64,000 nt of DNA from Candidatus Bathyarchaeota archaeon (GCA_963775685.1 CAVZJV010000014.1:2016001-2080000); one strand, 5' to 3'. Numbered from the stretch's first letter, positions 39,719 through 49,920 are shown. Notes: generated by a model from the letters alone, not told the origin. Program-made: numbers and translations.

Positions 39719-40834
39719 TTACGTCTCTAACAGTATTCTTTTTATTGTTTCAACCAGTATCTGATTGTCTTTTGCTGATCTTACGGTGACTCGAAAGTGG
39801 TGGTCGTCTAAACCCATAAATGTGCAGCAATCGCGGATTAGGATGCGCTCTTGCGCTAACAATTCTTTAATCATGGTGGACGTGCTTTTTTTGGTCTCTA
39901 TTTTTACGAGCAGAAAGTTGGTTACGGATGGGTAGACGTGTAAGCCTTCGATTTCGCTTAAGTTTTTGGCAAGTGCTACGCGTTCTTTGGCGATAGTTTG
40001 CTTGGTGTTTTCGATGAATTCTTTGTCTTTGAAAGCTGCAAGTGTGACTTGACATGCTAAGCCATTTATGCTCCATGGCAGCCGAGTGGTTTGCAGCTTG
40101 TCGATGAGGGTTCCAGCGGCGATTGCGTAACCGAAACGTATGCCTGCCATACCATAGAACTTGGTGACTGAACGGATGACAAAGAGGTTCTCGTAATCTT
40201 TCACCATACCCGCCAAGGTGTTGTTTAAACTCTCTTCCGCAAACTCAATATAGTTCTCGTCCACGCTGAAAATGATGTCTTTTTTATTACAATACTTGAC
40301 CAGATCCGCGAGTGCTTCTTTGCTGTATAGCGTACCTGAGGGACTGTGTGGGTTACAAATGCACAAAATCTTCGTGTCGTCTGTAATTGCCTTCTTGATT
40401 TTATCTATTTCCAACCCAAAGTCTTGGGGCAATTGGAGAAACACTGGTTCTCCGCCAACTCGTAAAGCTGCCTTCTCGTACTCCGAAAATGAGGGTACAG
40501 GAATCAACGCTTTGAAGCCCCGTGGCAAAATCTCTGTAATCATGTAAATAAGTTCGATCGAACCGTTACCCAATAGAAGGTTTTCTGGTTCCACACCCTG
40601 CCCAACGTACTCGGCGATTTCTTTTTTGAACTCAACAGGGTTCGGGTCAGGATAATACCGGATTAACTTAGCATTCTGTTTTACAGCTTCGACGGCTTTT
40701 GGTGATGGTCCGAGAAAGTTTATGGGTCCGCTGAACTCGAGCACATCTTCGAGAGGTATGTTATATTTTCTGCTAAAGCCCCAGATGTCGCCACCGTGGC
40801 TAACGAACCTGCGTTTCTTACAGTTGCTAGACAA
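39719..40834 (-). CDS. cobD: L-threonine-O-3-phosphate decarboxylase (PLP, HisC-like)
   Basis: N-terminal HGGD..FSGPINFLGP, GNGSIELI, CNPHSPSG, RSVTKFYGMAGIRFGY, LIRDC..F.GL, in a cob gene context. Confidence 0.85.
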   Translation of the reverse strand: MSSNCKKRRFVSHGGDIWGFSRKYNIPLEDVLEFSGPINFLGPSPKAVEAVKQNAKLIRYYPDPNPVEFKKEIAEYVGQGVEPENLLLGNGSIELIYMITEILPRGFKALIPVPSFSEYEKAALRVGGEPVFLQLPQDFGLEIDKIKKAITDDTKILCICNPHSPSGTLYSKEALADLVKYCNKKDIIFSVDENYIEFAEESLNNTLAGMVKDYENLFVIRSVTKFYGMAGIRFGYAIAAGTLIDKLQTTRLPWSINGLACQVTLAAFKDKEFIENTKQTIAKERVALAKNLSEIEGLHVYPSVTNFLLVKIETKKSTSTMIKELLAQERILIRDCCTFMGLDDHHFRVTVRSAKDNQILVETIKRILLET

Positions 40835-41372
40835 CTTTCTCTGTCTCCATCAATCGGGTTATTTCCTTTTCTACATGTAGATGCGCTTTATAGTGGGCGT
40901 TGTAGAGGTTAACAACCTTGTACAGCCAATAAATTACCCCGATTCCCAAAGTAACTAAGGTTATTATCGCATAAGTTTTTATCGGTATTGTCTGAGGCAT
41001 GAAAATTCGCTCAGGTAGTGTAGATGCAAGGAAGGCATCTTGGCTGCGTTCATGCATCACCAAATCTTTGGATAATAGGTACACTATTATGAAAACTGGC
41101 ACGATAAGGATGATGCTTGCAGCCCAGACTTTTGCATTCATCGCTTTGAATCGCTGGCTTTCTGCAGGAGGCTTCCTTGAAGCACTTTTCAAGTAAAATG
41201 TTATCTGTTTTTCTATTGCTTGGTCTTTTTGGAAATGTCTGTTTCTGCCTTCGACCAATCGGTAAAACATCGGGAAAAACGCTAGTCCGAAAGTGACAAC
41301 TGCCCCCAAAAACCACATGGAAAACCAAACCTTTCGGTCGGCTTTAACTTTAATTTTCAATGTGTTTTCCAT
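40827..41372 (-). CDS. Membrane protein with an internal duplication (DUF4234-like)
   Basis: Two similar units, 'VVTFGLAFFPMFYRL..RNRHF' and 'LVTLGIGVIYWLYKV..YNAHY'. Confidence 0.7.
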   Translation of the reverse strand: MENTLKIKVKADRKVWFSMWFLGAVVTFGLAFFPMFYRLVEGRNRHFQKDQAIEKQITFYLKSASRKPPAESQRFKAMNAKVWAASIILIVPVFIIVYLLSKDLVMHERSQDAFLASTLPERIFMPQTIPIKTYAIITLVTLGIGVIYWLYKVVNLYNAHYKAHLHVEKEITRLMETEKVV

Positions 41373-41455
41373 TTAGGCTCAAGCTGTCCATTAGATTGCT
41401 TACAAGGTTGGAGTAGCCAAACTTTATAAGGTCTTCCTTTGGCTTCTTAAATAAA

Positions 41456-42154
41456 ATGAGCTCAAGGGAAATGCTGCTTTCCGTCATAATTCCAGTGTAC
41501 AACGAGGAATTAACCATAGGCAACATTATCGACCGCACCAAGTTGGCATTGCAGCAAATAGGTTTAACTTTTGAAATCATCGTTGTAGATGACCGATCAT
41601 ACGACAGGTCCCTTGAAGTCGCCAAAAAATGCGGCGTTAAACTTTTGACATTAAAACAGCACTTGGGCAAGGGCTACGTGCTAAGGGCTGGGTTTGCCAA
41701 AGCTAAAGGTAACATTATTGTCACCATCGACTCCGACGGGTCACATCGACCAGAAGAACTAAAAGAAGTGTTAACGCCCCTTCTGGAGAATAAGGCAGAC
41801 CTTGTTATCGGTTCCAGATACATGAATAAAAAACCGGTCGCGGCTCGAAAACTAAATGCTTTTGGGGTTCGCATATTCAACTTCTTAATCCAGCTTTTAA
41901 CCCGAACCCCCACCACTGATTCCCAGTCAGGGTACCGTGCCATGAAACGGCAGGTTCTAAACAAGCAAAAGTTATACGCTCGGGAATACGAAATAGAATC
42001 TGAAATGCTAGTTAAAACAGTTAAGGCTGGTTTTAGGGTGGCTGAGGTGCCGATTAGTTTTGAGCAGCGCACTTATGGACATTCAGGCGTGGATCCACTG
42101 TGGGATGGCTCTAAAATCCTCTATTCAATTGTACTTGCTCATTTTAGGGGATAA
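41456..42154 (+). CDS. GT2 glycosyltransferase (Dol-P-Man synthase-like)
   Basis: SVIIPVYNEE, VVDDRSYD, DSDGSH, TDSQSGYRA. Confidence 0.9.
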   Translation: MSSREMLLSVIIPVYNEELTIGNIIDRTKLALQQIGLTFEIIVVDDRSYDRSLEVAKKCGVKLLTLKQHLGKGYVLRAGFAKAKGNIIVTIDSDGSHRPEELKEVLTPLLENKADLVIGSRYMNKKPVAARKLNAFGVRIFNFLIQLLTRTPTTDSQSGYRAMKRQVLNKQKLYAREYEIESEMLVKTVKAGFRVAEVPISFEQRTYGHSGVDPLWDGSKILYSIVLAHFRG

Positions 42155-42159
42155 CAAAA

Positions 42160-43149
42160 TTGACTGAACCTGAAGCCCCTAAAGTTTCAATCATAGTTGC
42201 AGCCTACAACAGCCAAGACACCATCGAAGAATGCCTCAAGTCTATTTTAGCGCAAAATTATCCCGCAGGTTTTTTTGAAGTCATCGTTATGGACGGCGGC
42301 TCCAAAGACGACACCGTCAAAATCGCAAAGAAATTTCCCTTAAAAGTCTTTTCCATACGATTAAACGCCCCAGCCGCCTACAATTACGCAATGAAAATCA
42401 GCGCTCATCAAGTCCTTGGCTTTATAGATGCGGACGCTAAAATCGAGAAGGAATGGCTAAACAAACTTACCCCTCATATTGCTGAATCCAAAGTTGCTGG
42501 AGTCAGTGGCAGTATCGAAACTTGGAACCGTGATAACCTGTGGGCAAGAAGCATCGGTTACGAGCTCAAAAACCGTTACAGCCGCATAGGCAAATACACA
42601 GGGCGCATCGCAACCATGAACCTGCTCCTGAAAAAATCGGTTATCGAAGAAGCGGGTGGATGGGACGAGAAGCTGCCAAGCCAATACGATACTGACCTTG
42701 GATTTCGAATCAGCGGCAAAGGCTACAAAATCGCTTATGAGCCAAGCGCGGTTTGTTATCATTTTAACCGACCAACGCTTAAGGTATACTATCGGCAGCA
42801 ACTTCAATACGGCAAAAACACCCTAAAACTCTACTTCAAACACGGGTATTTGGCTCGGGGCGACGAAATCACCGATGTAGGCATGAACATTCAGCCAATC
42901 TTGCTATTGGGGGTGGTGGCGTTTTTCTTTGTTGGAATAGTACCCGCGCTTAGGTTGCTTTGGGTTGTTTCAGGATTAATTTTTTTGGCGATGGCGGTTT
43001 ACTTTGTTTATTCAGCTGCGAAGTTAGCAGTTAAGTTCCATGACTCATCTGCACTGCGCCTCTTTGTGCTCTACTTTGTGAGGGCTGGAGCCTGGTTTGA
43101 TGGCGCCATAATAACTACCGCAAGATACCTTGCAGGAAAGGACCAGTAA
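42160..43149 (+). CDS. GT2 glycosyltransferase with C-terminal TM helices
   Basis: VSIIVAAYN, DGGSKD, FIDAD, YDTDL, QQLQY. Confidence 0.9.
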   Translation: MTEPEAPKVSIIVAAYNSQDTIEECLKSILAQNYPAGFFEVIVMDGGSKDDTVKIAKKFPLKVFSIRLNAPAAYNYAMKISAHQVLGFIDADAKIEKEWLNKLTPHIAESKVAGVSGSIETWNRDNLWARSIGYELKNRYSRIGKYTGRIATMNLLLKKSVIEEAGGWDEKLPSQYDTDLGFRISGKGYKIAYEPSAVCYHFNRPTLKVYYRQQLQYGKNTLKLYFKHGYLARGDEITDVGMNIQPILLLGVVAFFFVGIVPALRLLWVVSGLIFLAMAVYFVYSAAKLAVKFHDSSALRLFVLYFVRAGAWFDGAIITTARYLAGKDQ

Positions 43150-44345
43150 TGCCGCACAAAGTCTGCTTTATCTCGCCTGAATATTGGCCTCTTACAGGCG
43201 GCACAGGCTCCTACGTCTACTACCTATCCAACGAACTCCTAAAAAACGGCTACAAAATCTATGTCGTGACAGGATCAAACCAAGCCCAAGACGTCCAAGT
43301 CAACCCCCAACTTGACGTTTCTTTTCTTAAAATTACCAAAATGCCCATCATCAAATCCTTCATGCTTGCCGCCAACAGCAACCGCAAACTAAACAGCGTC
43401 CGCGACACAGCCAACGTAGATGTCACCCATCCCCAACTGCCATTAACTCCTAACTTTGCGGTGCCGCCTAACTTTGGAAAAGCACTTGTATGTACAGTCC
43501 ACTCCACATGGGAGGGCGAGGCGGAAGCCATCCGAGGAGAACCATACACCCGCCTAAACGCAAACGAAAAATTCCTGGTAAGTTTTAACTGTTTTTTGCG
43601 TTTCTTCGAAGAAGGCATGCTATCACGGGCAAGAAAAATCATCGCGGTTAGTCATTTCACTAAGTGGGAACTGACAAACTACTACAAGATTCCGGCGCAT
43701 AAGATACGGGTGATCCACAACGGTGTGGACATCAAAAAGTTCCGGCCTGCCCAAGATAAACGCAGGGTGAAAGCTGAACTCGGCTTTAACCCCGACGACT
43801 TAGCCATCGTCTCAGTGGGGCGGCTCTATGCACGGAAAGGCTTGTTTACGCTAATTGAATCCATGCCATCTGTAATCAAACGTTTCCCCAACGCCAAATT
43901 CATAATCTCAGGCAAAGGACAAAGCGATGAAATGCACAAACTCAACGCCCACGCAGAGAAACTCGGCGTAAAAAACAACATCATCTTCACCGGATACTAC
44001 CCAGACAAGAAACTGCCCAAACTCTACCAAGCCGCCGACGTCTTTGCCTTCTCGACTTTCTATGAACACCACCCCTTTGCTGTTCTGGAAGCGCTCGCAA
44101 CAGGTTTGCCCGTCGTAACAACGACTGTGGGAGGCATTCCCGAAACCATTGATAGCGGCAAAAATGGTTTTTTGGCGGCGCCTTTCCATCCACGACAGTT
44201 CAGCGAAAAAATCCTTTACTTACTTGAGCATCCTTCCTTTGGAGCAGAAATGGGTGCCAAAGCACGCCAAACCGTTGAGGAACAACTGGACTGGCGTATA
44301 GTTGTCAAAGATGCTATGAAAGTCTACGATGAAGCACTCAGTTAA
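43149..44345 (+). CDS. GT4 glycosyltransferase
   Basis: GGTGSYVYYL, IHNGVD, VGRL..RKG, EHHPFAVLEALATGLPVV. Confidence 0.9.
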   Translation: MPHKVCFISPEYWPLTGGTGSYVYYLSNELLKNGYKIYVVTGSNQAQDVQVNPQLDVSFLKITKMPIIKSFMLAANSNRKLNSVRDTANVDVTHPQLPLTPNFAVPPNFGKALVCTVHSTWEGEAEAIRGEPYTRLNANEKFLVSFNCFLRFFEEGMLSRARKIIAVSHFTKWELTNYYKIPAHKIRVIHNGVDIKKFRPAQDKRRVKAELGFNPDDLAIVSVGRLYARKGLFTLIESMPSVIKRFPNAKFIISGKGQSDEMHKLNAHAEKLGVKNNIIFTGYYPDKKLPKLYQAADVFAFSTFYEHHPFAVLEALATGLPVVTTTVGGIPETIDSGKNGFLAAPFHPRQFSEKILYLLEHPSFGAEMGAKARQTVEEQLDWRIVVKDAMKVYDEALS

Positions 44346-45304
44346 GCGACTTCAACGGGTTTGCCTCTGTATGCCATAGTTACTTTCTGGAACAACCTAA
44401 CCACATCCAGCGAGCAGAAAAGAACTTTCGTCAAATACTCATGCTGGTAAACCATCATTTGCGCTTTTACGGGCAAATCGATTGTCGGCGGCTCAAATCT
44501 GTGCGCAACCTCATTTACTTGTAAGCCTTCAACTTGGATGCCTTCTTCATTGAACCCTGTTTTGTTGGCGATATATTTGAGGTAGGTTTGCTTCCAGTCC
44601 AGCATCATAACTTTGGCAGCAATTATGTCGAGGGCTAATGCATCGTTGCCTGTGAGCATTAAGCCCATTTTGACTGGTTTGCCTTTTGTGGGTCCGTTGC
44701 CCTCAATGCCTGTTCGTGCATCCATAATTGTTAACTGTGGTTTGAAGAGGCTGTAGAGTCGATAGAACACTTCAGGCAGATAGGGATGCAGATAGATGCG
44801 TTTGTTGCTGGGTACGCAGCCAAAAAGGTTCTTGATAGCGCCGCTGTAAGCCATAAACTCATGCGTCTTCATCAAGGGCAAGTCGACGACGGCGTCTGCG
44901 TCAAGTATGGTTTTGGGCAAAAACAGCCGCTTAAGTGGGCAACCCTCTGGAAATTTAACTTCAACGACTTTGTCTTCTGATAGGTTGATAACTGTTCCGC
45001 CTGCCGCTTTGACAGCTGCTTGGGTGCCTGTTTTATCAAATGCGGTCCAGCAGGGGTAGTTGAAGCCGTTGGATTCGCCTACGATGACTTCGCTGTTTCC
45101 GTCCCGAAGCAAGCCGACGAGTTGCCGCATCAACTCTGGGCTCGTCACAACGCCGGGCAAGTACTCAGGGTGGCTGAGGTTGGGTTTAATAAAAATCCGT
45201 TTTTTATCACGTAATTCTGAATTCGCAACGGCTTCTTTAACAATATCGCTTATATCCCCTTTGGCGCGGAAAATCTTGACGGTTTTCTTTGTAGCGTTAG
45301 GCAT
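44342..45304 (-). CDS. DUF362 family (Fe-S associated) protein
   Basis: IFIKPNL, MKTH, GAIKNLFGC, EGNGPTKG, DALALD. Confidence 0.85.
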   Translation of the reverse strand: MPNATKKTVKIFRAKGDISDIVKEAVANSELRDKKRIFIKPNLSHPEYLPGVVTSPELMRQLVGLLRDGNSEVIVGESNGFNYPCWTAFDKTGTQAAVKAAGGTVINLSEDKVVEVKFPEGCPLKRLFLPKTILDADAVVDLPLMKTHEFMAYSGAIKNLFGCVPSNKRIYLHPYLPEVFYRLYSLFKPQLTIMDARTGIEGNGPTKGKPVKMGLMLTGNDALALDIIAAKVMMLDWKQTYLKYIANKTGFNEEGIQVEGLQVNEVAHRFEPPTIDLPVKAQMMVYQHEYLTKVLFCSLDVVRLFQKVTMAYRGKPVEVA

Positions 45305-46721
45305 TTTTTGCCTTCACTCCTTGAAGACAGCCTGGGTCCCCGTTTAACATGTCGCCGTTGTGGTATGCTGCTGAACGTGCCCTACATCCCCCGCAGATGA
45401 ACTTGTAATCGCATTTTCCGCATGAACCTTTGAGGTTTGCTCTGTTTCGGAAGGCTTTGAAGAGGGGTGCGTTTAGCCAGATGTCTTGGAACTTTTGGGT
45501 TTTTAGGTTGCCAACTTTTACGGGCAGGAAAACGCATGGATGAACGTCGCCCTGAGGAGACAGTGAACAGTAGAGTCTGCCTGCACCGCATCCGCCGATA
45601 AAGTCGCCCAACGGCACCGCTTTTTTTGTTACTTTGACGGTTTGCATATGCGCCATAGACAGGGTTACTTCGCCTGTGCCCAAAACACCCTGGCACTGGA
45701 GAGCTACACGAGCTAGCTGTGGTGCCGTTGCAAGGATGGTGGTTTTGCATCGAGCTGACATGCGGTTCAAAAGATAACACATCACTTCTTCCCTTTCTTT
45801 TGGGGATAGGTCTTGGTCAAAGTGGGCTTTGCCGCGTCCAGTCGGTATAAAATTGAAGTAAGTAAACCTTTCAGCATGGATTTTTTCCGCTAAATCTATG
45901 ATTGCGGGTAGCTCAGCCATGTTGTTTTTACCTACTGTTGTAGCGATGCAAACGCATAGGTCTGCTTCGACACAGTTTTTTAGACCCGCTACCGCCTTAT
46001 CGAAAGTGCCGGGGACACCTCGGAAGTCGTCATGGGTTTTGGCAGATGCACCATCGATGCTCACGTCAATGTAGTTAACTTTGGCTTCTTTGAGCTTCTG
46101 CACGTTCTCTTTTGTTAGCAACGTGCCGTTTGAAGCAACTGACACGTAGAGTCCGCGGTCAGAGGCGTAGCGTGCAACTTGGAAGAAGTCTTTTCGAGTT
46201 AAGGGTTCCCCGCCGCTAAACGCCAATGCAGTTACGCCAGCATTTGCAATCTGGTCTACGGCTGCGAGGGCTTGTTCTGTTGTTAATTCTTCCTCGTTGA
46301 CTTCGCCGCTGTTGCTGTAGCAGTGTTTACAGGATAGGTTGCATTTGTGGGTGAAATCCCAAACCACCAGAAACGGCGCTGAGAGCGACATGGGTTTTTT
46401 AATGCCGAAATACGCAAACGAACGCGCCAAATTCAACACGGCGGTTCGGGCGTAACGGTCAGATAAGAGCTTCTCGACCTTAGCCCGTTTAAACCCCAGT
46501 CCTCTACGCAGAAACTCTATCCAAAAACCAATAACCTGAGAGTACAAACCACTGCACTTGCCGCATCGAAGGTCCGTTTTGCCTGCGTAATCATCCAGCG
46601 CTGCCTCAAGCACCGTTCTGCCGCATTCACCGCATTTTTTAAGCGACATCTGGAGCATCTTCTTTGTCATGGGCAGCGAGATTACTGCGTTCCAGAAGCT
46701 GTCGTGGCTAAGGATGCTCAT
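45297..46721 (-). CDS. Radical SAM/SPASM protein with an N-terminal Cys-rich extension
   Basis: CGEC..CGKC N-terminus; CNLSCKHC; GCGAGRLYC; CGKCDYKFICGGCRAR. Confidence 0.9.
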   Translation of the reverse strand: MSILSHDSFWNAVISLPMTKKMLQMSLKKCGECGRTVLEAALDDYAGKTDLRCGKCSGLYSQVIGFWIEFLRRGLGFKRAKVEKLLSDRYARTAVLNLARSFAYFGIKKPMSLSAPFLVVWDFTHKCNLSCKHCYSNSGEVNEEELTTEQALAAVDQIANAGVTALAFSGGEPLTRKDFFQVARYASDRGLYVSVASNGTLLTKENVQKLKEAKVNYIDVSIDGASAKTHDDFRGVPGTFDKAVAGLKNCVEADLCVCIATTVGKNNMAELPAIIDLAEKIHAERFTYFNFIPTGRGKAHFDQDLSPKEREEVMCYLLNRMSARCKTTILATAPQLARVALQCQGVLGTGEVTLSMAHMQTVKVTKKAVPLGDFIGGCGAGRLYCSLSPQGDVHPCVFLPVKVGNLKTQKFQDIWLNAPLFKAFRNRANLKGSCGKCDYKFICGGCRARSAAYHNGDMLNGDPGCLQGVKAKNA

Positions 46722-46894
46722 GTAGATTACTCCAAGCGGCTTTGGTAGTTAATTGGGTGCGTGAGTATGTTAAATATTTCTCTAATCACAATCCAGACCT
46801 GAACCGCCGCAAAAACGCAGAATACTGAAAGAATTAGCTAAATTTGCAAAACCATATATCATTGGTTATCTTACAGCGCCTTTAAGGGACGAAA

Positions 46895-48208
46895 TTGAAA
46901 AAACGCACCCTGCTGATTGTAGCTACAGGTTTAATTGCAATTATAGCAGTGTCCTCTTTGATAATCTATGAAAACAGTCTCCTAAACCCTGAAGGCTCTG
47001 CGGTTGCTTGGCAAAGAAACATCCAAAACTTCGCCACTGCATTAGCGGTTGATGATGGAAAAGTCTTTATTATGGATATTTCTGGGAATGTTAACTGCTA
47101 TGACAATCAAACTGGCAAATCAATCTGGAACGGTAGCAGTGTGGGTGGTTATTTCGCTGCAGGACTAACAGTGGCGGAAGGAAGGGTCTACGGCGGCTAC
47201 AGGCATGCTTCTGTTGGATGCTTAGATGAGGCAACGGGTCAGTTTCAATGGAGCTACTCAACTAACATCGAGAATTTAGCCCCCGACAACATAATTGCAA
47301 AGAACGGAGAAGTATTTGTGATTTCCCAAAGCCCAAGCGCAGGTGTCAGCGCCCTCAATGCATCCACCGGACAACTTTTGTGGCAAACACCCTACATATT
47401 TGACACTTTTGGCAACATAACGGATTCTAAAACTTGGTGGGTAAATGGTTATCCGTTGGGCGGCGACCCCTTTGACGGAAGCATCGTTTACGGGTTAGGC
47501 GGCAATGAATCTGCGGCAAATATTTTCAAGCTGGATACGGATATTGGCAACGTACTTTGGCAAAGTAACCTAACAGTATTCGCTGGAATTCCAAGTGTTT
47601 TGGCTAATTATCAAGGGCAGGTCATTGTTGAAAGCGGTAACCAAATCCTAAGCCTCAACGACACGTCAGGCGACAGCCTATGGAACATCGACGTTGGCGC
47701 CGCTATCTATTCTCCAGTTGCCTATCAAGGTGTGTTGCTTTTCGGAGCCTCGGACAGCAACTTTTATGGACTCGACTTGCAGAGTGGCATCATATCTGCC
47801 ACAGCCCAAGTTGACAATCAAAACCTCTTCTCACTCGTCAACAGCGACAATGCCCTCACAGTTTTTCCCGTACAAGTTGATCCTCAAAACCAACGGATTT
47901 ACTGGAGCTTTGGTGTCACTGAACAAAACCAATTCAAAGCCACCATAGTCGGCCTCGATTTACCCACATTAAAAGTTGAATGGACAAAACAATTCCAAGA
48001 CAACAACCTCTCTTTGGATAGCCCTGCTGGTTTAGTTTTCAATAAAAACTCTGTTTTCCTAACTGAGAACAATGCTCTTTGGATTTTTGGCTCCTCAAAT
48101 GGTAACCTTGCTAGAAACCAACATTTCGACCACTATATTCTTGCGCCTACCTTGGCGGGTGATACTGTATTTGTGGCAGCGGACCTTCAACTAACTGCAT
48201 ACAAATAA
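46895..48208 (+). CDS. N-terminally anchored PQQ-like beta-propeller protein
   Basis: N-terminal TM/signal segment and repeated A.D..TG..LW blades. Confidence 0.8.
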   Translation: MKKRTLLIVATGLIAIIAVSSLIIYENSLLNPEGSAVAWQRNIQNFATALAVDDGKVFIMDISGNVNCYDNQTGKSIWNGSSVGGYFAAGLTVAEGRVYGGYRHASVGCLDEATGQFQWSYSTNIENLAPDNIIAKNGEVFVISQSPSAGVSALNASTGQLLWQTPYIFDTFGNITDSKTWWVNGYPLGGDPFDGSIVYGLGGNESAANIFKLDTDIGNVLWQSNLTVFAGIPSVLANYQGQVIVESGNQILSLNDTSGDSLWNIDVGAAIYSPVAYQGVLLFGASDSNFYGLDLQSGIISATAQVDNQNLFSLVNSDNALTVFPVQVDPQNQRIYWSFGVTEQNQFKATIVGLDLPTLKVEWTKQFQDNNLSLDSPAGLVFNKNSVFLTENNALWIFGSSNGNLARNQHFDHYILAPTLAGDTVFVAADLQLTAYK

Positions 48209-48445
48209 AGTAAATCCGCTACATCTGAATTTTCTTCATTTATAAACGGGGAAGTCGCCGAAAGCAAGTATTCCTTAGGAATTGAAAGTACATGTTAGCC
48301 GCTTGTAACAACTGCACACAAATATCTGCAGTCTAAACCTGTACCTAAAGCGGAAAAGCAACATTTAGCGCAGTCTGCTGGTAGTTGTTGTGTATAGCAG
48401 ATTTTCCCCAACAACAACTAATGAAAAAAGCACAGGAAAGCGCTA

Positions 48446-49066
48446 CTATACCTTTCTTTTAGCCAATATATTTTGGGCGATTTCTAAGTCTTTAGTTGTG
48501 TTGATGTTTAGAAGAACCTCGGTTTCTTCAGTGATTATGGCGGATGTTTCAATTTTGCCTTCGCCAAGGATTTTTGTGCCATCAATGATGTTGACTCCTG
48601 AAACCGCATACCAAACGCCCTTGTACTCGTCTGTTGAGGAAATCGACAAACCCAAATCCAACCGCGATTTTATGGGAACAAAAACAGCCAAAAAATCTTT
48701 TCCGCAAACCTCAAAGGCATCTACGATTTTGTCGAGGACTTGCCCTGTTATGGCTGGAACATCTGAAGGCATGGTGAGGATTGAGCCAGTCAAATTTGCC
48801 ATCGAAACAGCTTGTTTTAAATCATTATGGTAGCCTTTTGCGTCTGCGTGCAGGATTTTCCAGCCCATGCTTTGGCAGTGCTTTTCGGTTTGCGGCGTAT
48901 TAGAACTTGTAATGACATAAAACTCGGAAACCTTCTTTGCATCCAAGATTGCTTGTGCAACCCAATCGATCAGCGGCTTACCCAGAAACGGCAACAGAGG
49001 CTTCTCAGTAGGCAACCCCATCCTTGAGCCTTTGCCGCCAGCCATAATCAAAGCGGGAACTTTCAT
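48446..49066 (-). CDS. cobY: GTP:adenosylcobinamide-phosphate guanylyltransferase-like, copy 1
   Basis: ALIMAGGKGSRMG..EKPL, GY..DL, PSDVP, SGVNII, NINT..DL. Overlaps cobS. Confidence 0.8.
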   Translation of the reverse strand: MKVPALIMAGGKGSRMGLPTEKPLLPFLGKPLIDWVAQAILDAKKVSEFYVITSSNTPQTEKHCQSMGWKILHADAKGYHNDLKQAVSMANLTGSILTMPSDVPAITGQVLDKIVDAFEVCGKDFLAVFVPIKSRLDLGLSISSTDEYKGVWYAVSGVNIIDGTKILGEGKIETSAIITEETEVLLNINTTKDLEIAQNILAKRKV

Positions 49067-49920
49067 ATCAGCAATAGCACCACCACAAACAAAACCAGCA
49101 CCGCTGCCCTGGCGGCCTCATTGGTTGCTCCAATCATATCACCTGAAACCCCGCCGAAGATACTGTTGGAAACCTTGTTCATAACATATGCCACTGGAAT
49201 GCTGGCAAACACTAAGACAATTGCGGCTAAACCGGTGATTGGGTAACCTGAGAAGTAGAAAACTGGGTAAATAATAAAGGGGGACATTAAGTAGGCTGCA
49301 TAGTTGAGTTTCTTTTTGGCTTTGGCAAGAAAAATCGAGCCTAGCCCTTTATGGCTGGGTTTGCCGACCCAAACAATCGTCACCATGGAAAGCTTTGCTG
49401 AAACTTCCGCCAAAAAAATGACTGAAAAAACAAGCAACAAATTTGTCGTTATGTTCATTGTTAACCAGTTGGTTAAGAATAAACCTGTGACTGCTAAAAA
49501 CTCGACGGCAAGTGCCAAAACTGCGCCTGCACCCGTGACTGTCCACTCGTGAGCCTTCATTTTGCGGTCGTGGAGACTGCGTAAGCCAAGTGCGTTGCCC
49601 AAATCGATTAATCCGTCGAAATGCTGCAGTCCAGTGAGTACAAGCAGAAAAGCAATAGTCATTGCCGCTGGGATAAGTGTGCCTAACAGTGCAGTGGGCA
49701 AAGCCAAGTAGTTATTGATTATGTTGAGCAAGAACCCTACTATTTCGCTTGAAAGAACAAAGTAGCATGCACCAAGTAATCCTATAAAGCCGCCAATTAA
49801 AGGGAAAAGCCACATGTTTTCCGCCGTTGTGAAAATGAAATCTTCTTTTCCTCCCACTGGAATTATGGTGAGGAAAGACAGCAAATCCCTAAAAGTTTTT
49901 ATAGTTTTCACAGGCGACAT
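49063..49920 (-). CDS. cobS: Cobamide (5'-phosphate) synthase CobS, copy 1 (divergent)
   Basis: SFLTIIP, FPLIG, TGLQHFDGLIDLGN, FGGVSGDMIGATNE. Confidence 0.82.
   Translation of the reverse strand: MSPVKTIKTFRDLLSFLTIIPVGGKEDFIFTTAENMWLFPLIGGFIGLLGACYFVLSSEIVGFLLNIINNYLALPTALLGTLIPAAMTIAFLLVLTGLQHFDGLIDLGNALGLRSLHDRKMKAHEWTVTGAGAVLALAVEFLAVTGLFLTNWLTMNITTNLLLVFSVIFLAEVSAKLSMVTIVWVGKPSHKGLGSIFLAKAKKKLNYAAYLMSPFIIYPVFYFSGYPITGLAAIVLVFASIPVAYVMNKVSNSIFGGVSGDMIGATNEAARAAVLVLFVVVLLLI

Noticed and set aside
39719-40834. Histidinol-phosphate aminotransferase hisC
   Set aside because: The N-terminal HGG motif, the LIRDC motif and the cob context favour CobD.
48209-48445. Possible cobalamin riboswitch or ncRNA (GGGAAGTCGCCGAAAG; TAGTTGTTG/CAACAACTA hairpin)
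   Set aside because: It lies between convergent 3' ends and lacks the remaining B12-box elements. At most it is a terminator hairpin.
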